Positions 18,129 through 28,866 of a stretch of DNA of 64,000 nucleotides are shown piece by piece; the stretch's first letter is position 1, and every line of letters starts with the position of its first letter. The position numbers and the translations under genes were made by a program. The notes under the pieces are model-generated. The model did not search any database. It was given only the letters and a program-made list of their open reading frames with translations, and was not told where the DNA came from. Source of the stretch: Candidatus Aenigmatarchaeota archaeon (GTDB lineage Archaea; Aenigmatarchaeota; Aenigmatarchaeia; CG10238-14; SpSt-28); NCBI GenBank assembly GCA_038742305.1, contig JAVYKI010000003.1, forward strand, positions 181 to 64,180, read 5' to 3'.

Positions 18129-19829
18129 TTATATATTTTTTAGTTCAGTTTTATAAATTACAACTCCATCACAAATAGAATAGCCAAAACCTCTTCTAGC
18201 AAGCTCTTCTAATTGAGAAATACAATTTTCTATTGGAACACCATTTTCATAAACTTTTTTAAAGTTTTCATTAATTAGTTTTACCCAATTTAAATCGTAC
18301 ATTTCTGCATATTTTCTGTTTAAAGGGTCTATACTAAATTTTTCTATAAAGAAATAATCTACTTTTGCAGCTTTTGCTAATTCATAAATAAAAGTTGCAT
18401 TATCGCTTAATCTTAAATCTTGTGGACCACCAACTTTTCTTTCACAATTATAAGCAACTCTATATCCCCATAAACTTAATAAAGTAGAATTTTTTGGCAA
18501 ATTATTTTTTACCCAATCGCATGCTTCAAAAAATAAAGGACTATAAGTTTTCAAACTTTTCATTATTTCAAGTTTTGGTTTAAAAGAATATTCTAGTAGT
18601 ACCAAAAACAAAATTATAGAAAAGCCAATAAAAATAGAAAAAACTAAATTTTCTTTTTTAATTAATTTTTCTAGAAATTCGAAAAACTTTGAAATTGATA
18701 AAGAAATAATTAATGCTACGAAAGGAGAATATTGTAAAGTGTATCTTGCAAAATCTTCAGCTCTATAAAGAATTCCAGTTGTTAAAACTTTTCCTTGAAT
18801 AGATTGAATAAATATAGTTAAAAATAGTGGTAAAAACAAAATTATTATTTCATATCTTTTTTCTAATACTAAAACTAAAAAACCGAAAAAGAGGAAAAAA
18901 AGTAGAAAATCTAGAATGTTATTACCCCAATATGCAAATCTTAAATAATTTAAAATTCCAAAACTTAAAACATCTTGCTCTGTTCCAACTTTTTCTGTTC
19001 TTCCTGCAAATTCATATTTTGGAGTATAATTACTTATTACACATTTATTTTCTTTAAAAACAGAATTTATAATACTATCTAAAGTTTCTACTCCGAAACC
19101 TATGCAAGGAGAATTAAATAGTTTTACATTTCTAAAAATTAAACTTCCAAAAAGGATTATTGCTGGAAGAGAGAAAATTAATAAATATTTTAATAAAATT
19201 TTTGGCTGCTTAAAGAATTTCAAGAATAATATTATAAAAACTGAAAAGTAAAGCAAATAAGGAAGCAACGGCTTTGTTAATAAAGATAACGCAGCTAATA
19301 TTGATGAAACTAAAAAATATTTTTCGCTTCTTTTTTTAATAAATAAAAGCAAAAATAAAAAGGAATTCGAAAAGAAAAGGGTAAAAAGCATATCAACATA
19401 AAGAGTTGTAGAATAAATTACTACAGATTGAAATGTTAAAAATAGGATAGCACTTAATAAACCAACTTTTTCATTTATTATTTTTGATAAAAGAACATAG
19501 AGAGAAAAAGCAACTAAAATTGGCAATACAGCAATTAAAATTTTAATTGCTGTTTCCCCAAACAAATAAAAAAATGAAAAGAGAAAATGAAGAACGGAAA
19601 TGTAAGTATAGGAAGAATATGATAAATTATCTCCGAAAATTTCTGAAAGATAATGTGGTAATTCTAATTTTTTTGAGATAAACCTTATTATACTTCCATG
19701 AAATCCTTCATCTCCAAAAACTATGCTTTTTAAAGTTGCAGTCAAGTTGAAGTAAGCTATAATAAGAATTAAAATCAACAACAAAACAACTTCTACAGTT
19801 TTCCTATTAATTTTAATCTCAACCTCCAT
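18129..19829 (-). CDS. polytopic membrane glycosyltransferase, GT-C fold (ArnT/PMT/GT39-like), putative
   Basis: 566 aa with more than 10 predicted TM helices in the N-terminal 2/3 and a C-terminal soluble domain. No WWDYG motif, so not confidently AglB. Confidence 0.45.
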   Translation of the reverse strand: MEVEIKINRKTVEVVLLLILILIIAYFNLTATLKSIVFGDEGFHGSIIRFISKKLELPHYLSEIFGDNLSYSSYTYISVLHFLFSFFYLFGETAIKILIAVLPILVAFSLYVLLSKIINEKVGLLSAILFLTFQSVVIYSTTLYVDMLFTLFFSNSFLFLLLFIKKRSEKYFLVSSILAALSLLTKPLLPYLLYFSVFIILFLKFFKQPKILLKYLLIFSLPAIILFGSLIFRNVKLFNSPCIGFGVETLDSIINSVFKENKCVISNYTPKYEFAGRTEKVGTEQDVLSFGILNYLRFAYWGNNILDFLLFFLFFGFLVLVLEKRYEIIILFLPLFLTIFIQSIQGKVLTTGILYRAEDFARYTLQYSPFVALIISLSISKFFEFLEKLIKKENLVFSIFIGFSIILFLVLLEYSFKPKLEIMKSLKTYSPLFFEACDWVKNNLPKNSTLLSLWGYRVAYNCERKVGGPQDLRLSDNATFIYELAKAAKVDYFFIEKFSIDPLNRKYAEMYDLNWVKLINENFKKVYENGVPIENCISQLEELARRGFGYSICDGVVIYKTELKNI

Positions 19830-19871
19830 AAATAAGCAAAATTTTATTTAAAATACATAAGACAATAATTT

Positions 19872-22800
19872 ATGAGAAATATAGTTAAAACAATTTTGAT
19901 AATCTTTATCATTTCTTCGTTTTTTTCTCTAAATTTCTCTATTTGGTTAGATGGATGGAAATACAGAATAAAAGTTATAATAAAAGAAATTTCTGGAAAT
20001 AATCTTAAAAACTTTCAAATTCCAATAGAAATAAATACACAAATTTTAATAAAAGAAGGTAAAATGAATGAAGACTGCTCGGATATAAGAGTTGCTGACA
20101 GTGACGGCATCTCTTTATTAAGTTATTGGATAGAATACGGTTGTGGAAGCAATAACACTAGAATCTGGATAAAAGTACCTTTAATTAATGCTAATTCTGA
20201 AAAAATAATTTTTGTATATTACGGGAACAAGGAAGCAGAAAGCATAAGCAACGGATACGATGTTTTTGAATTTTTTGAAGACGGAGAGGATAATGTAACT
20301 GAGAGATGGGAAGTTATAGATGGAAGCATGGAAAAAGTTTTTGATCCTGATTTCAACTCGACCGTAATTAGAATAAAAGGTCCTGGTACTCAAATTGTAA
20401 GTAAAAAATTCATAAGTGATTGGGGAGGTCCATATGAAGTTAAGCTAAGAGTAAAATGGGAAACTTTTGGAATTTATGGACCACGTTTGTGGTTTTTACT
20501 TACTAATGTTACAAAAAAAGGAGAAATACCTAGAGGTATTTGGGGTTCTTTCGATAGTATTCTTGCTATAACTGTAGAAAGAGGAGGTGGTACAAATTTA
20601 AATTGGTTAGTAGGTAATGGTTTTAAAGAGGTTAACAACAATTTAAATTGGGAAATTAAGAAAATTTATAATTATACCATCAAAAGAGATTTTAATATAT
20701 TAGAATGGAAAAGAGATAACATCACTTTTTTGTTAACTAACGGAAAATTACAGGTTATAAACAATAACGTGCATATTAGGATACATACTTGGGATGTAAA
20801 TAATGATGTTAGAATAGCAAATATACAAGTAAGAAAATTTATATATCCAGAACCAATGATTACTCTTTCTAGAGAGGAGATAGTTAACGAAACCGAGACG
20901 ACATTCGGTCTTTCTGAAAATTTATTATTAGATAGGTTAAACACATCTATAATTCTTTTTACTTCTAACAGAACTTTAATTCTTAAAGATGAAAAAGGCG
21001 AATATAAGAAGTTTTTACAACAAGTTAATATAAAGTTTGAGGAGAAATCTTTAGACAGTTTATATAATATAATAGACAAACTTCCTGTACTTTTTGGTTA
21101 CATAATTTGTAATAAAAGTACACTGACTGATATTTATTACGCCTATTTGATTTCAACAAAACTGGATTTATTTTTTTTGTTTTATAGTAAGAATTCTTTT
21201 AATAATTTTTCTTATTACGAAAAAATTATACCCTTAGGATGTAAAGAAGATATAATCAAGTATTATATTGACTTACACAAAGATAGAGAGAAAAAAATAG
21301 ATAAGATAGTAATATCCAATTTAAATTCTTTCGAAACTTCCTTATTAGCAGCTAGGTTCGCAGCTTTATATAACGGATTTCCAATATTTATAAACAAAAC
21401 AGATGATATAAAAGAAAAAATTAGAGAAACTTATTATTGGCTTAGAAATTTGAATGTTATAGAAGATTTTCCAGAAATAGTTATCGTTGGTAATTGGGAT
21501 GAAATTCCATTTTATGAAATAGTTCTAGATTCAGTTTTAGGAATTAAAACATATTCTGATATTCCTTATTCAGACTTAAATAACGATAATTATCCAGATT
21601 TTCCAATTTATAGGTTATGTTGTAATCCTACAGAAATAAGCATTCAAATAGAAGCAGGCAGATTATTCAAAAATAACGGAAAAGCAACAATAGTTTCTAA
21701 TTATAATTCAAAATATTTGTTTAATGGAGACGCGTTTTATTCAAAGGATTTAAAAAATGTTTTATCGAAAAAATTTGAAGTTGAAAGATATATCCAACAT
21801 TTTGCAAAAAATGAAACTGAAAATATTTTTAATTTTATAAAAATTAGTTCAGAAAACTTTTTTAAAATAAAAAATTTAATAAAATCAGATAATCCTTTAG
21901 TATTATTAACTATTATAAAATTGCTTTTTAAAAGTTTGGATGAATATGCAAAGTTTAAAGAATATGATTGGCAAATTTTTACTGGAAAATTAAGCCCAAA
22001 ACTTAACAGCTCAATTATTGAAATATTAAAAAATACAACATTCCTTTTTAGTTTTCATTTAATAAACAATTCAAAAATAGTTCTTTTTGAAGATGAAAAT
22101 AAAAGCTTTGAAATAGATTATCCATTTATACCCTTTATTTTCTTTATTTCTCATCCATCAATTTATACTTTATTTTTTGATAATTCACTTATCTTTCAAT
22201 CTAATTTACCAACTTTTTCTTCTGTAAGAAATACAATTCAAGTTTTAGGTTCTCCAAGATTTGCTATTCAAATGTTCTCTTTAAACAATTCTTTAGCTGA
22301 AAACTTTAGAGAAGTTTTTATAAGAAACTTAGAAAACAAGTATGGAATAGACAAAAGAACCCTTTATTCTTTAGTTTTTATAGGCTTTAATTTGGGAGAA
22401 AATCAATTAGAAATTCATAACTCAACTTTAATATTAGAAAATCCTTGCAATATTTCTACTATTGAAAATATTACTTTAATATTTTGCGATGCTGATGATT
22501 ATTTAATTTCAGAAAATTATAGTTTACCAATAATTTATAAAAAAGTTTATTTGCCAAAGTTTTATTCTTTAAATAATATTTCTTTCGAAATTAAAACAAA
22601 AATTGTAGATTATTATTTTGAAGTTAATGAAACCTTTCCAAAAGAGTTTTTTGAAATAAAAGAAATTAAAAACATTAACGATTATAGCGAGCTATATTTT
22701 ACTATTTATCCTTTAAGAATTTATCCAAATAAATCTGTAGAAGTTCTAGAATATTTAAAAATAAATTATTTGACTAAACCAAAAATTGAAATAGAAAATT

Positions 22801-23381
22801 TAGAATATGATAAAATTTCTAAAACTTTAAAAATTCAAATATTTTCTGATATGCCAAGAAATTTAACTTTAGAAATATTTCCAATTAACTTTTCTCAAAC
22901 AATTTTTGTTAACGGAACTAGAGAATTTAACTTAGCAATAGATTTCGAAGGAACATTAAAAATAAAATTAAAATACTTTGATTTTGAAATTGAAAGAACT
23001 ATTGAAACTCAAGAATTACCAGAAACTAGAATTTTAAAAATTTCTGATGCAATAGAATACATAGTAAAAAATTATAAAAGAGAAGAAAGAAGAGTAAAAA
23101 GTAGCGAAGAATATTTTTACGAATTAAAAACTTATTCTTTTGTTTATAAACATGAAATTAAAAGCTTATCTGAAAAGTTCTTATTAATAACTCCAGAATA
23201 TGAATATCAAGTTTTCCAAAATTCAAATTTAATAGTAGAAAAGCTTAGGAATGCTTATGGAACTTTGACAATAGAAATAGAAAATGGAAATGAAAAAATA
23301 AATATTCAAGGAAAAGAAAAAATTAAAGAATATTTAAATCCTGCAAGAGAATTATTGCAGAAACTTGTTAAATATGGCTAA
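19872..23381 (+). CDS. large secreted surface protein (1169 aa), DUF2341/LamG-like N-terminal region, many N-glycosylation sequons
   Basis: Signal peptide MRNIVKTILIIFIISSFFSLNFS. The WLDGWKYRIKVII motif is typical of the DUF2341 N-terminus. Very frequent N-x-S/T sequons. Confidence 0.55.
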   Translation: MRNIVKTILIIFIISSFFSLNFSIWLDGWKYRIKVIIKEISGNNLKNFQIPIEINTQILIKEGKMNEDCSDIRVADSDGISLLSYWIEYGCGSNNTRIWIKVPLINANSEKIIFVYYGNKEAESISNGYDVFEFFEDGEDNVTERWEVIDGSMEKVFDPDFNSTVIRIKGPGTQIVSKKFISDWGGPYEVKLRVKWETFGIYGPRLWFLLTNVTKKGEIPRGIWGSFDSILAITVERGGGTNLNWLVGNGFKEVNNNLNWEIKKIYNYTIKRDFNILEWKRDNITFLLTNGKLQVINNNVHIRIHTWDVNNDVRIANIQVRKFIYPEPMITLSREEIVNETETTFGLSENLLLDRLNTSIILFTSNRTLILKDEKGEYKKFLQQVNIKFEEKSLDSLYNIIDKLPVLFGYIICNKSTLTDIYYAYLISTKLDLFFLFYSKNSFNNFSYYEKIIPLGCKEDIIKYYIDLHKDREKKIDKIVISNLNSFETSLLAARFAALYNGFPIFINKTDDIKEKIRETYYWLRNLNVIEDFPEIVIVGNWDEIPFYEIVLDSVLGIKTYSDIPYSDLNNDNYPDFPIYRLCCNPTEISIQIEAGRLFKNNGKATIVSNYNSKYLFNGDAFYSKDLKNVLSKKFEVERYIQHFAKNETENIFNFIKISSENFFKIKNLIKSDNPLVLLTIIKLLFKSLDEYAKFKEYDWQIFTGKLSPKLNSSIIEILKNTTFLFSFHLINNSKIVLFEDENKSFEIDYPFIPFIFFISHPSIYTLFFDNSLIFQSNLPTFSSVRNTIQVLGSPRFAIQMFSLNNSLAENFREVFIRNLENKYGIDKRTLYSLVFIGFNLGENQLEIHNSTLILENPCNISTIENITLIFCDADDYLISENYSLPIIYKKVYLPKFYSLNNISFEIKTKIVDYYFEVNETFPKEFFEIKEIKNINDYSELYFTIYPLRIYPNKSVEVLEYLKINYLTKPKIEIENLEYDKISKTLKIQIFSDMPRNLTLEIFPINFSQTIFVNGTREFNLAIDFEGTLKIKLKYFDFEIERTIETQELPETRILKISDAIEYIVKNYKREERRVKSSEEYFYELKTYSFVYKHEIKSLSEKFLLITPEYEYQVFQNSNLIVEKLRNAYGTLTIEIENGNEKINIQGKEKIKEYLNPARELLQKLVKYG

Positions 23382-23607
23382 GAAAAAAACTTATTTTTCA
23401 GTTAATTATTTTGAAAGATTAATTAAAAGTTTAGGAATTAATAGAGTTTCTAGAGAAGCAGCTAAAGCATTATGTTTTCATGTAGAAGATAAAGTTAAAG
23501 AAATATTAGAAGAAGCTTCAAAAATTGCAAAAATTGCAAAAAGGAATACAATTTTAAGGGAAGATGTTAAAATTGCAATAAAGAAGATAAAACTTTATAT
23601 TAGGTAA
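23374..23607 (+). CDS. archaeal histone (histone-fold protein)
   Basis: NRVSREAAKALCFHVEDKVKEILEEASKIAKIAKRNTILREDVKIAIKK aligns with HMf-type histones (RVS..A...L.....E.....A...A.HAGRKTI...D...A). Start at the MAKKK ATG. Confidence 0.7.
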   Translation: MAKKKTYFSVNYFERLIKSLGINRVSREAAKALCFHVEDKVKEILEEASKIAKIAKRNTILREDVKIAIKKIKLYIR

Positions 23608-23698
23608 ATATAATATAATTATTAGGAATGGGAAGAAAAAAGAAAAGTTAATCCCAGCTTAAAGAAAGGTTAATTTTTCTTTTTTCTTTTTATTTTTT

Positions 23699-24655
23699 AT
23701 GAAGGTAGAAAGAATAGTTGAAACAATTTGTAATAAGTTTAAAGTTCCTAAAGAAAAAGTTATTGAAGAAATAAAGCAAAAAATAGAAGAATTTAGCGGA
23801 ATTATTAGTGAAGAAGGAGCAGCAGTATTGGTTGCTAGAGAATATGGAATAGATGTAAGAGAGATAATGGAATTTCAAAAAGTTGAAGATTTAGTTGGAA
23901 ATATGAGAGGGGTAAATGTAAAACTTAAAATTATTAAAATAACTAATACAAAGGAGTTTGATAGAAGAGATGGAAGTAAAGGAAGAATAAGGATAATTTT
24001 TGCTGGAGATAAAACAGGAATTGCAAGAATAGTTCTTTGGGATGAACAAACTCAAATAGTAGAAGAGCTTGGATTAAAAGAAGGAAACAGTATAAAGCTT
24101 TTGAATGTAAGAACTAGAGAAAATATTTTTGGAGAAATAGACTTGCTTTTATCTAAAACTTCTGTTATCGAATTAGCTGATGATAAAGATTTGCCTTCTT
24201 TAGACGAATTAAAGCTCCTCTTTTCAAAATTTGGATATGAAAAAAGCGAAATATGCAAATTATCTATTGGAAATTATGAAATAGAAGGAATAGCTACTAA
24301 TGCCTATAAAGCTAGATTTTTTGAAGTTTGTCCTATTTGCAAAGCAAAAGTTAGAAAAGTTGATGATAAATATTTTTGCGATGTTCATCATGAAATTGAA
24401 CCACAAAAAGCTCTGGTTATTTCTTTTGAAATAGACGATTTTACTGGTACAATTAGGGCAGTTGCTTTTAGGGAAGAAGCAGAAAAAATAGCCAAAACTT
24501 CTGAGCTATTAAGTTTAAGCGAAGAAGAAAGAAAAAGATTTTTAAAAGAAAAGTTATTGGGCAAAGTTTTAAGAATCAGAGGAAGAGTTAAATTTAATAA
24601 GATTTTAAACAGAAACGAAATAATAGTTAAAGAATTAGAAATTGTTTTAAATTAA
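23699..24655 (+). CDS. rpa: replication protein A (ssDNA-binding, OB folds plus zinc finger)
   Basis: OB-fold-like repeats and the C4 zinc finger [22 protein letters not shown] typical of archaeal RPA. Confidence 0.65.
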   Translation: MKVERIVETICNKFKVPKEKVIEEIKQKIEEFSGIISEEGAAVLVAREYGIDVREIMEFQKVEDLVGNMRGVNVKLKIIKITNTKEFDRRDGSKGRIRIIFAGDKTGIARIVLWDEQTQIVEELGLKEGNSIKLLNVRTRENIFGEIDLLLSKTSVIELADDKDLPSLDELKLLFSKFGYEKSEICKLSIGNYEIEGIATNAYKARFFEVCPICKAKVRKVDDKYFCDVHHEIEPQKALVISFEIDDFTGTIRAVAFREEAEKIAKTSELLSLSEEERKRFLKEKLLGKVLRIRGRVKFNKILNRNEIIVKELEIVLN

Positions 24656-24656
24656 T

Positions 24657-27110
24657 ATGGAGGAAAAAAAGATAAGCTTAGAAGATATAGAAGGCATAGG
24701 CCCAAAAACTCTTAAAAAATTAAAAGACGCTGGAATAACTGATGTAAATATTTTGGCTTCTATAAATCCTAATGAATTAGCTGCTATAGCAGAAATAAGT
24801 GAAGATCAAGCAAAAAAAATTATAAATGCCGCTAGAGAAGCATTAGGGCTAATTTCTTTTGAAACTGCAGATAAAGTTCTTGAAAGAAGGTTAAAAATGA
24901 AAAAAATTACAACAGGTTCAAAAAAATTAGATGAATTGCTTGGAGGAGGAATACCTACTCAGGCAATAACAGAAGCTTTTGGAGCTTTTGGAAGCGGCAA
25001 ATGTGTAAGCAAAGATACCGAAGTAATTTATTTTAACGACGAAAAAATGCATTTCGGAAAAATAGGGGAAGTTTATGAAAAATACAAAAAAATTTATGGG
25101 GAAAAAAGGTTTGATAATGGCTTTATAGTTAAACTTAATAATGTAAAAGTTCTTGGAATAACAGAAAGAGGAATAGAAAAAGTTCAAGCTTCATATATTT
25201 ATAAAGAGTTTGTTCCTGAAATTTTAGAAATTATAACTAAAAGAGGAAGAATAATTAAAATTACAGAGCAGCATAAGTTATTATCTGTAGAAGAAAATGG
25301 AATTGTTTGGAAACAATCCAGTCTATTAAAAAATAAAGATATAATTGCTGTACCTAAGGAACTTATCGAAAATAATACTAGCATTTTATCCGAAGAAGAT
25401 GCCTACTTTTTAGGACTTTTTGTAGCTGAAGGAACTTCAAATCCATTATCTATTACAATTTCAGATAAAAAAATTAAAGATAAAATTGTTGAATATATTG
25501 AAAAGAAGTTTGGTTATAAACCAAGAATTAGAATAGATAAAAGAAGGAAAAAGGAAAAGTATATTATTCTTTTAAAGAAAAAAACAAAAGAATTTTTAGG
25601 CAAATTAGCTTTAGCTAATGCATCCTCTAAATTTGTTCCAGAGGAAATTTTTAATTCTCCAAAAAAAGTTTTAATATCATTTTTGAAGGGATATTTTGAG
25701 GGAGATGCATACTTTAAAAGAAATTATTTAGAAATAGTTACTAAAAGCAAAGTTTTAGCTTCGCAAATTTCTTATTTGTTAAAAATTATAGGTATAGAAT
25801 GTATTTTGAAAAAGAAAAAATACAAAGGAAAAGAATATTATAGAATTTTTGTTAGAGGAAAAGATAGAGAAAAATTAAAAGAAATAATAGGTAAAGAGTA
25901 TAAATGCAGAAACTCTTACTATGGATATTCAGGTCCAATAATAAATCTATTAAGAAAAATTTATAAAGAAACTATTGGTTCAAAAAGAGGAAATTTAGCA
26001 AAAATAATAGGTAAGAAAAGTTTAAATAACTATGCTTATAAAGTTTTAACTAAAAGTTCTAGAGTTAAAAATATTTCATTAAATACTTTTGAAAAAATAG
26101 TTGAAATTTTTGTTTTTGGTAAGAAAATATTGGAAAAGGCTTTAGAACTAACTAATAATTTTGAGGAAAATTTTGAAAAATTATATAAATTATTACCATT
26201 TCCCTTTTTATCTCTTTCAAAAAAGTTAGGTATTAAAAAATCAACTTTAAGAAATTATATTTACAGAAAAATTCCGAAAGAAAAACTAGAAACTATAAAA
26301 AACGAAATAAAAAATGAATTGAAAATAAGGTTAGAAAAACTAGAAAAAGCTATAGATTATCTTAAAATAATTTACTTTTTTGAGTGGGATGAAATAGTTG
26401 AAATCAGAAAAATAAAATATAATGACTTTGTTTATGATTTTGTTGTTCCTAAATATCATAATTTTATTGGAGGAATAATGCCAACAATATTTCACAACAC
26501 CCAACTAGCTTTTCAGCTTTCTGTTAATGTTCAATTGCCAGAAGATCAAGGTGGTTTAGAAAGAGCTTGCTTGTTTATAGATAGTGAAGGAACTTTTAGC
26601 CCAGAAAGGATTAAGCAAATAGCTGAAGCAAGAGGATTGGACCCAAAAAAAGTTTTATCAAACATTCATTATGCAAGAGCTTATAGTAGTGAGCATCAAA
26701 TTCTTTTAGTTGAAAAAGCAGCAGATATAATTCAGCAAAAAAATATAGGATTAATCATTATAGATTCTATAACTTCTCATTTTAGAGCAGATTATTCTGG
26801 AAGAGGCGAGCTTGCCGAAAGGCAGCAAAAATTAAACAAACATTTACATCAATTGCAAAGGTTAGCAGATGCATTTAATTTAGCAGTTTATATAACTAAT
26901 CAAGTAATGGCTAGGCCAGATATAATTTTTGGAGACCCTACTCAGCCAGTAGGAGGGCATGTATTGGCTCACATTTCATTTTACAGAATTTATCTAAGAA
27001 AATCAAAACAAAACTTAAGAATAGCAAAATTAATAGATGCTCCAAATTTGCCAGAAGGAGAAGTTGTTTTTCAAATTACTGAAAAAGGAATAGAAGATTA
27101 TAACGAATGA
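24657..27110 (+). CDS. radA: DNA repair and recombination protein RadA, interrupted by an intein in the Walker A P-loop
   Basis: N-terminal HhH domain, then GAFGSGK|C...HN|TQLAFQL. The exteins rejoin to the GSGKTQL Walker A and total ~318 aa of RadA with its Walker B region. Confidence 0.9.
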   Translation: MEEKKISLEDIEGIGPKTLKKLKDAGITDVNILASINPNELAAIAEISEDQAKKIINAAREALGLISFETADKVLERRLKMKKITTGSKKLDELLGGGIPTQAITEAFGAFGSGKCVSKDTEVIYFNDEKMHFGKIGEVYEKYKKIYGEKRFDNGFIVKLNNVKVLGITERGIEKVQASYIYKEFVPEILEIITKRGRIIKITEQHKLLSVEENGIVWKQSSLLKNKDIIAVPKELIENNTSILSEEDAYFLGLFVAEGTSNPLSITISDKKIKDKIVEYIEKKFGYKPRIRIDKRRKKEKYIILLKKKTKEFLGKLALANASSKFVPEEIFNSPKKVLISFLKGYFEGDAYFKRNYLEIVTKSKVLASQISYLLKIIGIECILKKKKYKGKEYYRIFVRGKDREKLKEIIGKEYKCRNSYYGYSGPIINLLRKIYKETIGSKRGNLAKIIGKKSLNNYAYKVLTKSSRVKNISLNTFEKIVEIFVFGKKILEKALELTNNFEENFEKLYKLLPFPFLSLSKKLGIKKSTLRNYIYRKIPKEKLETIKNEIKNELKIRLEKLEKAIDYLKIIYFFEWDEIVEIRKIKYNDFVYDFVVPKYHNFIGGIMPTIFHNTQLAFQLSVNVQLPEDQGGLERACLFIDSEGTFSPERIKQIAEARGLDPKKVLSNIHYARAYSSEHQILLVEKAADIIQQKNIGLIIIDSITSHFRADYSGRGELAERQQKLNKHLHQLQRLADAFNLAVYITNQVMARPDIIFGDPTQPVGGHVLAHISFYRIYLRKSKQNLRIAKLIDAPNLPEGEVVFQITEKGIEDYNE
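25002..26498 (+). mobile_element. RadA P-loop intein (499 aa) with LAGLIDADG homing-endonuclease domain
   Basis: Begins with Cys1 directly after GSGK and ends with His-Asn followed by Thr+1. Dodecapeptide motifs [10 protein letters not shown] and [12 protein letters not shown]. Confidence 0.85.
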
Positions 27111-27691
27111 TAATTGCTAGAGGGGCAGAAGCAATTATCGAGCTTATAGAAAACTATATAATAAAAAGAAGAATTGAAAAGGGTTATAGAGTAAAAGAAT
27201 TAGATGAAAAAATAAGGAGAGAAAGGACTAAACTAGAAGCAAAAATAATGAATGAAGCAAGAAGGCTTGGAATAAATGTTCCTCAAATTTTTGAAGTCGG
27301 AGATTTTTTTATAAAAATGGAATATATAGATGGAATTCAACTAAAAAATGTTATTAATTTAGATTTAATAAAAGAAGTTGGAAAAATTATTGCTAAATTG
27401 CATAAAAATAATATTATTCATGGCGACTTAACAACTTCAAACTTTATAGTTAAAGAAAACAAAATTTATTTAATAGATTTTGGATTATCAAAATTTTCTA
27501 CGAAAATAGAGGATAAGGCAGAAGATTTACTTGTTTTATACTATGTTCTTAAATCTGTTCATAACGAAAAATTTGAAAATTTTTGGAAAGAGTTTGAGAA
27601 AAGTTATTTAGAAGAGTATGAAGAAGGAAAAAAGGTTATTGAAAGAATGTATGAAATACTAAAAAGAGGCAGATATATTTTAAGAATATAA
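27107..27691 (+). CDS. bud32: KEOPS kinase Bud32 (RIO-type kinase)
   Basis: IARGAEAII, catalytic [11 protein letters not shown] and the DFGLS motif. 4-nt overlap with radA. Confidence 0.8.
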   Translation: MIIARGAEAIIELIENYIIKRRIEKGYRVKELDEKIRRERTKLEAKIMNEARRLGINVPQIFEVGDFFIKMEYIDGIQLKNVINLDLIKEVGKIIAKLHKNNIIHGDLTTSNFIVKENKIYLIDFGLSKFSTKIEDKAEDLLVLYYVLKSVHNEKFENFWKEFEKSYLEEYEEGKKVIERMYEILKRGRYILRI

Positions 27692-27693
27692 TT

Positions 27694-27921
27694 ATGGAAT
27701 TAAAAGAACTAATTTCGAAAATTAAAGGAAAAAACAGATTAGAATTTTTGGAAAACATAAGCATTTTATTTATTTTTTTAGGAGCTATTCTTATTTCTTT
27801 GGCCCTTTTTCTAAATGCTTTTGGGATAAAATATTTTGATGCTATTTTAGCAATGAGCGGAAGTCTTATAATATTTATTTTTTTGTTTTTATTAATCATA
27901 GTTATATTTATTAAGGAATGA
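27694..27921 (+). CDS. small membrane protein (hypothetical)
   Basis: 75 aa with two hydrophobic helices; overlaps neighbours by 4 nt. Confidence 0.35.
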   Translation: MELKELISKIKGKNRLEFLENISILFIFLGAILISLALFLNAFGIKYFDAILAMSGSLIIFIFLFLLIIVIFIKE

Positions 27922-28319
27922 AAAAGCTAAAGTATAGGAAAGAAGAAGTAGAGAAATTGGTAGTTGAACTTGCAAAAAAAGGATATTCTCAATCGATGAT
28001 AGGCTTAATACTTAGAGATTCTTACGGAATTCCAAGCGTAAAGAAAATTACTGGCAAAAAAATTTCTCAAATTTTGGAAGAAAACAAATTGTTACCAGAA
28101 ATTCCTGAAGATTTGTTAAACCTTTTAAAAAGGGCTGTAAAGTTAAGGAAGCATTTATCTATTCATAAAAAAGATAAACATTCAGCAAGAGGCCTTACAT
28201 TAATAGAATCAAAAATAAAAGCCCTAGCTAAGTACTATATTAGAGAAGGTAAATTGCCAAAAGATTGGAAATACGATCCAGAGCAAGCAAAATTAATTGT
28301 TCAAAAGTATGGCTACTAA
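27918..28319 (+). CDS. rps15: ribosomal protein S15 (uS15/S13e)
   Basis: [48 protein letters not shown]...[18 protein letters not shown] matches uS15. Lacks the usual basic N-terminal ~20 aa; an in-frame stop lies just upstream. Confidence 0.85.
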   Translation: MKKLKYRKEEVEKLVVELAKKGYSQSMIGLILRDSYGIPSVKKITGKKISQILEENKLLPEIPEDLLNLLKRAVKLRKHLSIHKKDKHSARGLTLIESKIKALAKYYIREGKLPKDWKYDPEQAKLIVQKYGY

Positions 28320-28866
28320 AAACTTAATTAAAGTTATTCTAACTGCAAGCGAAGAATTTGATAACAAAGAAATTACTACAACTTTTTGTACAGATACATC
28401 TTATTTAATAAACAGAAGATTTTTTGTAAATTTAGCAGAATTAATTAAAACAGATAAATATCAATATAAAATTTACTTTAGAATTGTTAGCATTGAAAAC
28501 GGAATAGCAAAAACAATTGTAGATAAAATAGAAAGTTTAAGAGAATATATAACTAGAGCAGTTTATGTTGGAGTAGATAAATTAGATTTATTTTCAAATG
28601 TTACTCTTAAAGACGGAAGCATGTTTAGATTAAAGTATGTTGCAACTTTTAGAAAAGGTATAACTTCTAAAAAAGAAAAAGCAATAAGAAAAATTTTTGA
28701 AGAAAAAACAAAGGAAATAGCAAGTAAAATGGACTTAAAAACTTTTCTGAAAAATTTTGTAATAACAGATAAGGCAAATGAAGAATTAAAAAAAGAAATA
28801 AAGAAAATTGCAGTTCCAATATTTTTTGGAATAAATAAAATTGAAAGAATTAAAAGTAAGGCTTAA
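28309..28866 (+). CDS. rps3ae: ribosomal protein S3Ae (eS1)
   Basis: [36 protein letters not shown]...[11 protein letters not shown]...[19 protein letters not shown] fits the S3Ae pattern. Start at the internal Met (MATKN). Confidence 0.7.
   Translation: MATKNLIKVILTASEEFDNKEITTTFCTDTSYLINRRFFVNLAELIKTDKYQYKIYFRIVSIENGIAKTIVDKIESLREYITRAVYVGVDKLDLFSNVTLKDGSMFRLKYVATFRKGITSKKEKAIRKIFEEKTKEIASKMDLKTFLKNFVITDKANEELKKEIKKIAVPIFFGINKIERIKSKA

Noticed and set aside
17727-21079. Short ORFs antisense to the secreted protein, the GT-C gene and the large surface-protein gene (17727-17945, 18827-19057, 20181-20393, 20672-21079)
   Set aside because: All lie antisense within long, well-supported ORFs and have AT-rich low-complexity translations.
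23690-24258. ORFs 23690-23878 and 24052-24258 antisense to rpa
   Set aside because: Antisense low-complexity translations.
24927-25384. Two minus-strand ORFs inside the radA intein
   Set aside because: Antisense to the intein homing-endonuclease domain, which has clear LAGLIDADG motifs on the plus strand.
27636-27899. 87-aa minus-strand ORF spanning the bud32 end and the small membrane protein
   Set aside because: Antisense to two co-directional plus-strand genes with operon-like 4-nt overlaps.
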